A program made the position numbers and the translations under genes. From an uncultured Candidatus Saccharibacteria bacterium (GTDB lineage: Bacteria > Patescibacteriota > UBA1384 > DTJR01): a stretch of DNA of 44,362 nt. The stretch spans positions 1 through 44,362 of the forward strand of contig CAZIOI010000002.1 in NCBI GenBank assembly GCA_964540855.1, given 5' to 3'. The notes beneath the pieces were generated by a model that was not told the origin of the DNA, did no database searches, and saw only the letters and a program-made list of their open reading frames with translations. This document shows, one piece after another, positions 37,550 to 44,362 of the stretch (the stretch's first letter is position 1; every line of letters starts with the position of its first letter).

Positions 37550-40500
37550 TTATTCGTTAGCGAAGGTTTTCTTCAGTTCCTGTTCGAACTCATCTGTCAA
37601 GTCCACTTTTGACCTCGTCTTGGCAAACTTGAAATCGCCATTTTGTTTATATGCGAGAACCAACAGACTTTCGCCCGAAAAGCGTTCAACAATTTCTTTT
37701 AATTTTAAAATTTTGTCCTTTTTAGTCGTTTTGGGCAAAATAACATAAACCGTCCCATCATCTTTGAGCGCAAACTGCCCTTTTTCAAAGGCATGTTTCA
37801 GTTTGTCGGTTATATTTTTTGTCTCCGATTCTTCGGTAAGGTCAATTTCAACAATTTTGTCTTCTACTGGGTCAACGGTTACAACGTGACTAGAGGCAAA
37901 TTTTGTATTGACAGAGGCAAATTCCGGCGCAGCAATTTTCGCCGGATCAAACTTTTCCGTTCGCTCGGCCAATACCTTGACCTCCCCGTCTTTTGTCGAA
38001 ATCTTGCCGGTGACAAGCACAATATTATCCGCCACCCAAAGGTCTGCTTCAGCCTCTAGGGTTTTCGGAAAAATAAGCACCTCCGATTTACCGGAGAGGT
38101 CTTCTATAGTCGCAAATGCCATGGCGGCGCCGGATTTTGTATTGATCTTTTTTATCGCCTGAATAATTCCACCGACTTTGACTTTTTTGCCGTCCATCGA
38201 CAAATTAAGGTCCGTCAGAGAATGGCTGACCGCCATCTTGAGTTTCGCGCCGTTTTCTTTGAGCGGATGCTCGCTGATATAAATTCCCAGTAGTTCCTTT
38301 TCCCAAACAAGTTTATCAGCCTGCTCGGCCGGTTTGACCTCTGGCAGATCGAGCTTGCCGATTTCGATATCGCCCGAGAGAACCTCACCGAACAATCCGA
38401 TTTGCGAGGATTTTATCTGCTTGGTCGTATCCTGAATCCTCTTGGTGATCGTTTCCATACCTTCTAATACTTGGTTTCGCTCAATCAGCGAATCCAGCGC
38501 GCCGGATTTTGCCAAGGCCTCCAAAATCTTTTTGTTTAACACCGATCGAGTGGTCTTGGCGGCATCAGCCTGATCTACCGTCTCTTCGACATCCGTTTTG
38601 CTAAGCCGGTCAATAAAATCTTCAAAACTCTTGTACGGACCGTTTTTTTTGCGCTCGCGAACAATCACTCGCGCCGGATTTGTGCCTATATTTTTGATCG
38701 CCGCAAGACCAAAGCGAATATCGCCCGTCTCCTTGACCACGCCAAAATCGACAAAGCTTTCGTTGACATCGGGCGGCAAAACATTGATACCCATCTTATT
38801 GCATTCGTCAATCTCGATCGAAATCCTATCAATATCGTCCAAATCGTTAGTCAAAAGCGCCGCCATAAAGCACTGCGGATGATTCGCCTTGAGATACGCC
38901 GTCTGGTAAGCGATCATGGCATAACAAACCGCGTGCGACTTGTTAAACCCATAGGCCGCAAAATCTTGAAGCATCGAGAAAACTTTTTTGCCGTCCGATT
39001 CGCTGACCCCGTTTTTTTGCGCGCCCTTGATAAATTTTTCTTTCATCTCGGCCATCAGCTCGGCAATTTTTTTACCCATCGCTTTTCTAAGCTTGTCAGC
39101 CTCGCCGCCGGTAAAACCGGCCATATCGCGGGAGATCTGCATAACTTGCTCCTGATAAACCGGAATACCGTAGGTAACTTCGAGAGCTTTTTTGGTCATT
39201 TCGTGCGGATATTCTATCGCCTCGCGACCGTTTTTACGAGCAATAAACGTGTCGATAAATTGCATCGGACCCGGCCTGTAAAGCGCCACCATGACAGCCA
39301 CATCATCGAGCGTGGTCGGCTTGAGCTCTTTGATATAGCGCTTCATACCGGCGGACTCCAGCTGAAACACTCCCGTTGTCCTTCCGTCGCCCAATAACTT
39401 GAATGTTTTTTGGTCGTCCAACGGAAGGTTGAAAATATCTATCTTTTTGCCGTCCACCGCCTCGATAATTTCCAGCGCGCGCTCAATGGTCGTAAGGTTT
39501 GCTAGCCCCAAGAAGTCCATCTTTAACAGTCCCAGCTCCGCCACCGGATACATCGAATACTGTGTCACCTGTTTGACACCCTCTTTTTGCGCCTGCTGCA
39601 GTGGCACATAACAGGTCAACTCGTCCTTGGTAATAACAAAAGCGCTAGCGTGCTGGGAGGCGTGGCGCACCGTCCCTTCGAGCTGTATCGCCATATCCAT
39701 TAGTCGCTTGGCACGAGGATCTTTTTGGTAAACTTCTTTGAGTTCAGCCGAGTCCTTGACCGATTTTTCCAGCGGAATGTGTTTGCCTTGCACCGGCGGC
39801 GGCACGATCTTGGAAATCGCGTCCACCTCGGCATAAGGATAACCGAGCACACGGCCGACATCGCGCACAGCAGCTCGCGCCGCCATTGTTCCAAAAGTAA
39901 TAATGCCGGCAACCCGTTGCTCGCCATATTTTTGCACAATATAATCCAAAACCTCGCTGCGGCGGTGATCGGCAAAATCAAGGTCGATATCAGGCATTTC
40001 ATGGCGATCGGGATTCAAAAATCTCTCAAAAAGCAGACTATACTTTAGAGGGTCGGCATCGGCGATATGCGTTAAATACGCCACCAACGATCCCGCCGCG
40101 CTACCGCGACCCGGACCGACCATGATCCCTTGCTGCTTCGCCCAACTGACATAGTCGGAGACAATCAGAAAATAACTCGAGAAACCCATACTGCAAATTA
40201 CCGACAATTCATATTCAAGACGTTCGTTTATTTTTTTGAGCTCTTCGGCAGACGCGTTCGGGTAACGATCTTTTATCCCGTTTCGGCACAAATCTTTGAG
40301 ATACTCGGCATCTGTTTTACCCTTGGGTAGTGGAAAAGTCGGCAGCAAGTTTGTTTCAAATGGTATTTCGAGGTCGCATTTATCGGCAATCTCTTTTGTG
40401 TTAGTCAGCGCCTCTGGCACTTCTTTAAACACCTTCGCCAAATCCTGCGGATCGCGCAATGAAAAATCGCCGTTGTAAGTCATTCTGTTTTTGTCTTCGA

Positions 40501-41197
40501 CCAGTTTGCCTGTCTGAACGCAAATCAACACATCGTGAGCATCACGATCCTCTTTTTTTACGTAATGCGTGTCGCACGCTACGATCAGCTTGGTACCGGT
40601 CTCGCGCGAGAGCTTAATCATCCGTTCGTTTACAATTGCCTGCTCCGGAATTTGCTCGTGGTCTTGAAGCTCGAGATAAAAGTCGTCTTTGCCAAATATT
40701 TCTTGATATTCACCAAGAATTTTTTTTGCGCCATCGATTTCGTTATTTAAAAGCTGTTTTGAAATCTCTCCGGCAAGGCACGCCGAAGTCGCAATGATGC
40801 CTTTGGAATACTTTTTGAGAATTTCTTTATCAACGCGCGGCTTATAATAGAAACCCTCGAGATGCGCAATACTGTCGAGTTTCATTAGATTGCGATATCC
40901 TTCGACATTTTTGGCAATCAGTATCAAATGGTACGGGCTTGAATCAAGTTTTGAAACTTTGTCCGTCAATTTCCTCGGCGCAACGTATATCTCAACACCC
41001 ACCAAAGGTTTAATGCCCTCCTCGCGAGCCGCCTTGTAAAATTCTATTGCGCCGTACATTGCTCCATGATCGGTTAGCGCCAAGGCTTGCATGCCCATTT
41101 CTTTGGCGCGTTTAACCAAAGCCTTTGGGGTTCCAAGACCATCCAAAAGCGAGTAGTGGGAGTGGACATGCAGATGTACAAAATCCTTATTTTCCAT
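37550..41197 (-). CDS. dnaE: DNA polymerase III alpha subunit DnaE
   Basis: 1215 aa with a PHP domain (FVHLHVHSHYSLLDG), a palm/fingers region (GLLKMDFLGL) and an OB-fold C-terminus. Confidence 0.98.
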   Translation of the reverse strand: MENKDFVHLHVHSHYSLLDGLGTPKALVKRAKEMGMQALALTDHGAMYGAIEFYKAAREEGIKPLVGVEIYVAPRKLTDKVSKLDSSPYHLILIAKNVEGYRNLMKLDSIAHLEGFYYKPRVDKEILKKYSKGIIATSACLAGEISKQLLNNEIDGAKKILGEYQEIFGKDDFYLELQDHEQIPEQAIVNERMIKLSRETGTKLIVACDTHYVKKEDRDAHDVLICVQTGKLVEDKNRMTYNGDFSLRDPQDLAKVFKEVPEALTNTKEIADKCDLEIPFETNLLPTFPLPKGKTDAEYLKDLCRNGIKDRYPNASAEELKKINERLEYELSVICSMGFSSYFLIVSDYVSWAKQQGIMVGPGRGSAAGSLVAYLTHIADADPLKYSLLFERFLNPDRHEMPDIDLDFADHRRSEVLDYIVQKYGEQRVAGIITFGTMAARAAVRDVGRVLGYPYAEVDAISKIVPPPVQGKHIPLEKSVKDSAELKEVYQKDPRAKRLMDMAIQLEGTVRHASQHASAFVITKDELTCYVPLQQAQKEGVKQVTQYSMYPVAELGLLKMDFLGLANLTTIERALEIIEAVDGKKIDIFNLPLDDQKTFKLLGDGRTTGVFQLESAGMKRYIKELKPTTLDDVAVMVALYRPGPMQFIDTFIARKNGREAIEYPHEMTKKALEVTYGIPVYQEQVMQISRDMAGFTGGEADKLRKAMGKKIAELMAEMKEKFIKGAQKNGVSESDGKKVFSMLQDFAAYGFNKSHAVCYAMIAYQTAYLKANHPQCFMAALLTNDLDDIDRISIEIDECNKMGINVLPPDVNESFVDFGVVKETGDIRFGLAAIKNIGTNPARVIVRERKKNGPYKSFEDFIDRLSKTDVEETVDQADAAKTTRSVLNKKILEALAKSGALDSLIERNQVLEGMETITKRIQDTTKQIKSSQIGLFGEVLSGDIEIGKLDLPEVKPAEQADKLVWEKELLGIYISEHPLKENGAKLKMAVSHSLTDLNLSMDGKKVKVGGIIQAIKKINTKSGAAMAFATIEDLSGKSEVLIFPKTLEAEADLWVADNIVLVTGKISTKDGEVKVLAERTEKFDPAKIAAPEFASVNTKFASSHVVTVDPVEDKIVEIDLTEESETKNITDKLKHAFEKGQFALKDDGTVYVILPKTTKKDKILKLKEIVERFSGESLLVLAYKQNGDFKFAKTRSKVDLTDEFEQELKKTFANE

Positions 41198-41217
41198 TTT
41201 TTTAAATTATTTTCTTT

Positions 41218-41478
41218 GTCATTCCTGACTTGCTGTGTCCCGCGTAGCCCTGCCTACCGGCAGGCAGGCTTGGCGAAGTGGGGTTCAGGAATCTTGGTAT
41301 TGTCATTGCGAGCGAGCGTAGCCCCGTGAAGCCTTAAGTGTAATGGGGCGAAGTGAGCGCGGCAATCTCTTCGCATCGTTCTTTTTACACTTTTCATTAA
41401 CATTTTGATTTTTAAGATTTAATTTTTAATTTTACGTTGTGGTTATACATTTTTCGTTTTACGTTATACGTTATTCAC
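41218..41478. repeat. Repeat cluster upstream of dnaE
   Basis: The 66-nt GTCATTCCTGAC... module is at 41218-41283 and is closed by gttcaggaat. GTCATTGCGAG...GGCAATCT is at 41302-41368. A partial 65-bp module and GTTATACG arms lie at about 41420-41478. Confidence 0.8.
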
Positions 41479-41507
41479 TACTTCCTCTTATTTAGAACAT
41501 AGCATTT

Positions 41508-41556
41508 GGGGACAAAAACGCAAAAGGCCCCGCCATACTCGTCGTATGGCGGGGCC
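41508..41556 (-). terminator. Island 5 intrinsic terminator
   Basis: On the minus strand a 13-bp perfect stem (ggccccgccatac / gtatggcggggcc) is followed by ttttgcgttttt. Confidence 0.75.
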
Positions 41557-41581
41557 TGATGGGCTGGACGGGAAAACAAAA

Positions 41582-42187
41582 CTACTCGAACATCCTCTTA
41601 GCGACCTTGTCGGCCGCCGATTCACTGCGTGGCTTGTCGAAGTGTTGGCGAACAGCATCAAACAAGCTGTTTGCCCAATTCTCCGCAGCCAGCCCCGCGG
41701 ACTTGGCCGCCCACAACAGCTCTGTGAACAACGAAAGAGCCCTCGCCATGTCGCTCTGCGTAATCTCGCAGGGCAACTTGACGAGCTCGCCCACGACAAC
41801 GAAGTCGCGTGTGAGCTCGCCCGAGATGTCGTCAGCCGTGCCGGAGGCGACCTTCAACATCTGCCGCCAGTCGCCATTCTTGAAACGGCTTGGCGACCCC
41901 ACCGGCAACGGAGTCCCGTCGCCAATCGTGACGCGTACGAAAACGAACCTGCCCCCTTCCTCATCTGCCCCGAGCACGAGGTCGAGGTTGAGGGCGGCCG
42001 CAACCCACTGCTCCAGCCAGCTGCCCTCGGCAGCTGCAACGTCACGCTCACCCTGCAGCCACCGGACAGCATCCATCACCGCGGCCTTGATCGTGGCGAT
42101 AACCCCAAACCGCCCCTCCTCCGCCATCTTCCGCAGACCGGCCGAAAACCTGATCTCCCTGTTCTCCACGTAACTGTCTCCCATCAT
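41582..42187 (-). CDS. GC-rich island 5, gene 2: 201-aa cytoplasmic protein, no recognised family
   Basis: The composition is balanced and the SD GGGGAG lies within the repeated leader. The plus-strand ORFs over the same DNA are Arg/Pro/Ser-rich artefacts. Confidence 0.6.
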   Translation of the reverse strand: MMGDSYVENREIRFSAGLRKMAEEGRFGVIATIKAAVMDAVRWLQGERDVAAAEGSWLEQWVAAALNLDLVLGADEEGGRFVFVRVTIGDGTPLPVGSPSRFKNGDWRQMLKVASGTADDISGELTRDFVVVGELVKLPCEITQSDMARALSLFTELLWAAKSAGLAAENWANSLFDAVRQHFDKPRSESAADKVAKRMFE

Positions 42188-42189
42188 CT

Positions 42190-42226
42190 GTCAAGATACT
42201 CCCCTTCGCGCGCTGGCTTGGGGGTT
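42190..42226 (-). promoter_or_regulatory. Repeated 5' leader element, copy A (upstream of the 201-aa gene)
   Basis: gtcaagatactccccttcgcgc at 42190-42211 is identical to 42831-42852. The adjacent ggct(t/c)gggggtt is also shared. The minus-strand sense is CCCCC...GCGCGAAGGGGAGTATCTTGAC. Confidence 0.6.
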
Positions 42227-42816
42227 TACTTGCGCAATTGCCCTCGACCACGACCAACCCTCTCAAACGTCTGGTCCACTCCGGCGCGCCCCTCAACGAT
42301 CCAACGGGGAGTCTCCTCACCGTCGCTAACACGCCCCTCCGCCATCTCCGCTGCCTCTCGAGCAAGCTTGAGGTAGTGCCTGAACACATCCTCAAGCTCC
42401 TCCCGAAGGTAAGCCACGCCATCGATGATCTCGCAGTCCTCAGCGAGAAAATGATAAAGCTCCCAGCTGGCCGCCTCTCGCAGAACATTAGATACTTCCT
42501 GGTAACTGCCGAGGGTATGCAGCTCAACGGGGATCTTGAGCCAACGCCGGCGATTGAACCGGACCTTGGCGGTAACATCATTCGCCCGGTCACCAACACA
42601 GCGCTGCCTCCGTCTGCTTGGACAGATGGCAAAGCAAACCTCAAAGTGTCTGCTAACAAACCTGTCCAACCAGCCGCCAACTGCAACAGCGGCAGCTAAC
42701 TGGTTTTCATCAAGGAGCCACTTCAACCGCTTAAGAATGGCCCCCTTGACTAAAGACATGGCCTCGGGCTTTTTGGCCTTCAGCTGCTGCATCAATCGCT
42801 CCGAGAGTCTCGTCAC
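42226..42816 (-). CDS. GC-rich island 5, gene 1: 196-aa cytoplasmic protein, no recognised family
   Basis: A GTG start lies 7 nt after AAGGGGG. The sequence has amphipathic helical segments (SWELYHFLAEDCEIIDGVAYLREELEDVFRHYLKLAREAAE). Confidence 0.6.
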   Translation of the reverse strand: MTRLSERLMQQLKAKKPEAMSLVKGAILKRLKWLLDENQLAAAVAVGGWLDRFVSRHFEVCFAICPSRRRQRCVGDRANDVTAKVRFNRRRWLKIPVELHTLGSYQEVSNVLREAASWELYHFLAEDCEIIDGVAYLREELEDVFRHYLKLAREAAEMAEGRVSDGEETPRWIVEGRAGVDQTFERVGRGRGQLRK

Positions 42817-42830
42817 GGCTACCCCCTTAC

Positions 42831-42867
42831 GTCAAGATACTCCCCTTCGCGCAAAGGCTCGGGGGTT
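42831..42867 (-). promoter_or_regulatory. Repeated 5' leader element, copy B (upstream of the 196-aa gene)
   Basis: Carries the same 22-nt core and the 12-nt flanking match as copy A. Confidence 0.6.
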
Positions 42868-42895
42868 GTTGATTCCCTGTTAAAGGCATCGAGAG

Positions 42896-42924
42896 ATGAT
42901 ACAACTTGCCCCCTTGAAAGTCAA
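42896..42924 (-). promoter_or_regulatory. Putative island 5 promoter (TTGACT-17-TATCAT), divergent from rpmA
   Basis: The reverse complement reads TTGACT (42919-42924), a 17-nt spacer, then TATCAT (42896-42901). Confidence 0.45.
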
Positions 42925-42997
42925 TCCTTTTTTTGCTAAAATTCTTCTTGCTGGTCAAATCTGCGCCAGTTGTTTGTTTTTTATCCGGTTTATAACC

Positions 42998-43366
42998 ATG
43001 GCACATACAAAAGCAAAAGGTACGACAAAATTAGGTAGAGATTCCGAAAGCAAGCGCTTAGGCGTTAAAATTTATGGTGGCTCAGCGATTAAATGCGGCC
43101 AAATCATCATTCGCCAGAGAGGCACTTCTTATCTAAACGGCGAAGGTGTCAAACGCGGCGGCGATGATACGTTATTTGCCATTCGAGATGGAATCGTAAG
43201 GTTTAAAAAAGTTCGTTATACCAATTTTACAGGCAATACCAAGACCAAGCAGATTGTTTCTGTGGAGCCAAAGGAAAAACCGGTAGCCAAAAAGTCAACC
43301 GAAAAATCTCAGGTTAAGACCAAGATCGTGGCTGAAAAAAAGGAAGTCGCAAAAAAGAAAAAATAA
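42998..43366 (+). CDS. rpmA: 50S ribosomal protein L27 with a Lys-rich C-terminal extension
   Basis: [28 protein letters not shown]...RQRGT is followed by a ~35-aa KEKPVAKK-type tail. Confidence 0.93.
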   Translation: MAHTKAKGTTKLGRDSESKRLGVKIYGGSAIKCGQIIIRQRGTSYLNGEGVKRGGDDTLFAIRDGIVRFKKVRYTNFTGNTKTKQIVSVEPKEKPVAKKSTEKSQVKTKIVAEKKEVAKKKK

Positions 43367-43402
43367 TCCAAAATTACACCTTTTTAATTTTGTTTTAATA
43401 TT

Positions 43403-43975
43403 ATGGATTCAACATTTACCCACAAACATTATCAGCTGAAAAAGAATATCCCCGACATCAACCCGGGTGATCGTGTTCGCGTCCATCAGAAAATCCGCGA
43501 GGGCAACAAAGAAAGAATTCAGGTTTTTGAAGGTCTTGTTATCAAAGCTCAGCACGGCAACGGCATCAACGGGACGTTTACCGTGCGCAGAATCGCCTCC
43601 GGTGTCGGAGTCGAAAAGCTGTTTCCCCTTCACTCACCGGTTATTACCAAGATCGAAAAAGTTCGCTCTGCCAAGGTTAGGCGCGCAAAATTGTACTACG
43701 TCAGAGGTTTGATCGGAAAAGCCGCACGCAGATTAAAAAAAGAAAAAGAAGATCTAGCTATCTGGGAAGACGTAATCGTTGATGAGGACGAAAAAACCGG
43801 CGAAACAGACGAGACCGAGGAGACAGCTACAGACGCGACCGAAGAAAAAGAAGCCGACAAAGCCGAAGAAGAAACTACCGAAGACGCTAAAGACGATGAC
43901 AGTACCGAAACAAAGGACAAAAAACCGGCAGAATCTCAAAAAACCGATAAAGCAGAGAAAAAATCCGACAAATAA
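43403..43975 (+). CDS. rplS: 50S ribosomal protein L19 with an acidic/Lys-rich C-terminal extension
   Basis: The core reads [27 protein letters not shown]...[11 protein letters not shown]. It is 190 aa rather than about 115. Confidence 0.93.
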   Translation: MDSTFTHKHYQLKKNIPDINPGDRVRVHQKIREGNKERIQVFEGLVIKAQHGNGINGTFTVRRIASGVGVEKLFPLHSPVITKIEKVRSAKVRRAKLYYVRGLIGKAARRLKKEKEDLAIWEDVIVDEDEKTGETDETEETATDATEEKEADKAEEETTEDAKDDDSTETKDKKPAESQKTDKAEKKSDK

Positions 43976-43995
43976 ACCAGTTGAGAGTTAAAACT

Positions 43996-44022
43996 AAAAA
44001 CAGCCCCACGTGGGCTGTTTTT
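43996..44022 (+). terminator. rplS intrinsic terminator
   Basis: aaaaacagccc-cacgt-gggctgttttt. Confidence 0.75.
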
Positions 44023-44039
44023 AGTATAATGAGATTAAA

Positions 44040-44362
44040 ATGGCGTACTTCAAAAAACAAACCGGCAACACCGGGGAAGATTTAGCGGCAAATTTCCTTA
44101 GAAAACGCGGTTATAAAATAATCTCAAGAAATCTGACCAACAAAATCGGCGAAATCGATATTTTGGCGCAAAAATGTAAAGTTATCGTTTTGATCGAGGT
44201 CAAAACAAAGTCAACCGACCGCTTTGGTGCCGGCTACGAGATGGTCAATTATTACAAAACCAAAAAGCTTCTAAATCTTGCCAAATCCCTCCAGATCAGA
44301 TACCCTAAAAGCGTAGTCAGAATAGATATAATATCGGTTGATTTATCCTCCGACCCGCCGCA
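44040..44362 (+). CDS. yraN: YraN family (UPF0102) endonuclease, 3'-truncated by the window edge
   Basis: Hand translation from the ATG at 44040 gives MAYFKKQTGNTGEDLAANFLRKRGYKIISRNLTNKIGEIDILAQ...VLIEVKTK, the YraN pattern. No stop occurs before the window end. Confidence 0.85.
   Translation, partial: MAYFKKQTGNTGEDLAANFLRKRGYKIISRNLTNKIGEIDILAQKCKVIVLIEVKTKSTDRFGAGYEMVNYYKTKKLLNLAKSLQIRYPKSVVRIDIISVDLSSDPP

Noticed and set aside
37793-40750. Many antisense ORFs of 60-172 aa inside dnaE, with similar ones inside dnaK, lepA, murJ, dnaB and eno.
   Set aside because: They are fully embedded in long, motif-supported genes on the other strand and have no independent signals.
41546-42883. Plus-strand ORFs (276, 204, 153 and 115 aa) across island 5, and minus-strand alternative frames (212 and 72 aa).
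   Set aside because: Their composition is Arg/Pro/Ser-rich. The promoter, the SDs and the terminator all lie on the minus strand and fit the 196-aa and 201-aa frames.

Overview
The window is a low-GC (about 40% by eye), gene-dense bacterial backbone of housekeeping genes. These are ruvC, yebC, a split comEC, grpE-pspC-liaF-like-dnaK-lipoprotein-J-domain protein, tRNA-Lys(UUU), and a metal-homeostasis block (CDF, ZIP, CcdA-like, DUF5320, ArsP-like, ArsR). They continue with aspS, a matrixin-like protease, ROK kinase, eno, ytxH, lepA, murJ, dnaB, dnaX, an HU-fusion protein, dnaE, rpmA, rplS and yraN. Trimmed domain architectures and the intergenic repeat types suggest a reduced-genome CPR/Patescibacteria-like organism; this is inference only. 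Two things stand out. (1) Five intergenic islands of much higher G+C interrupt the backbone, each a self-contained transcription unit with a sigma70-like promoter, an SD and a strong GC-rich intrinsic terminator. They are 1.37-2.05 kb (secreted Pro/Gly/His-rich protein), 16.2-17.2 kb (178-aa protein plus a 62-aa two-TM holin-like protein, with a palindromic operator), 25.8-26.3 kb (118-aa protein), 36.2-37.3 kb (about 1.1 kb with no credible ORF but dense perfect helices, a candidate large structured ncRNA) and 41.5-42.9 kb (two roughly 200-aa proteins that share a duplicated 5' leader). A sixth small GC-rich piece lies between an 18-bp duplication of the tRNA-Lys 3' end. (2) Nearly every longer intergenic region is filled with a dispersed repeat family: CGTATAAC/GTTATACG arms, a GTCGC-N3-4-GCGAC hairpin, GTCATTGCGAG...GCGGCAATCT modules and a 66-nt GTCATTCCTGAC... 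module. A 65-bp inverted pair of these brackets the ncRNA island. All homology calls come from recalled family motifs and all G+C statements from hand counts of a few lines. No searches or folding were run.
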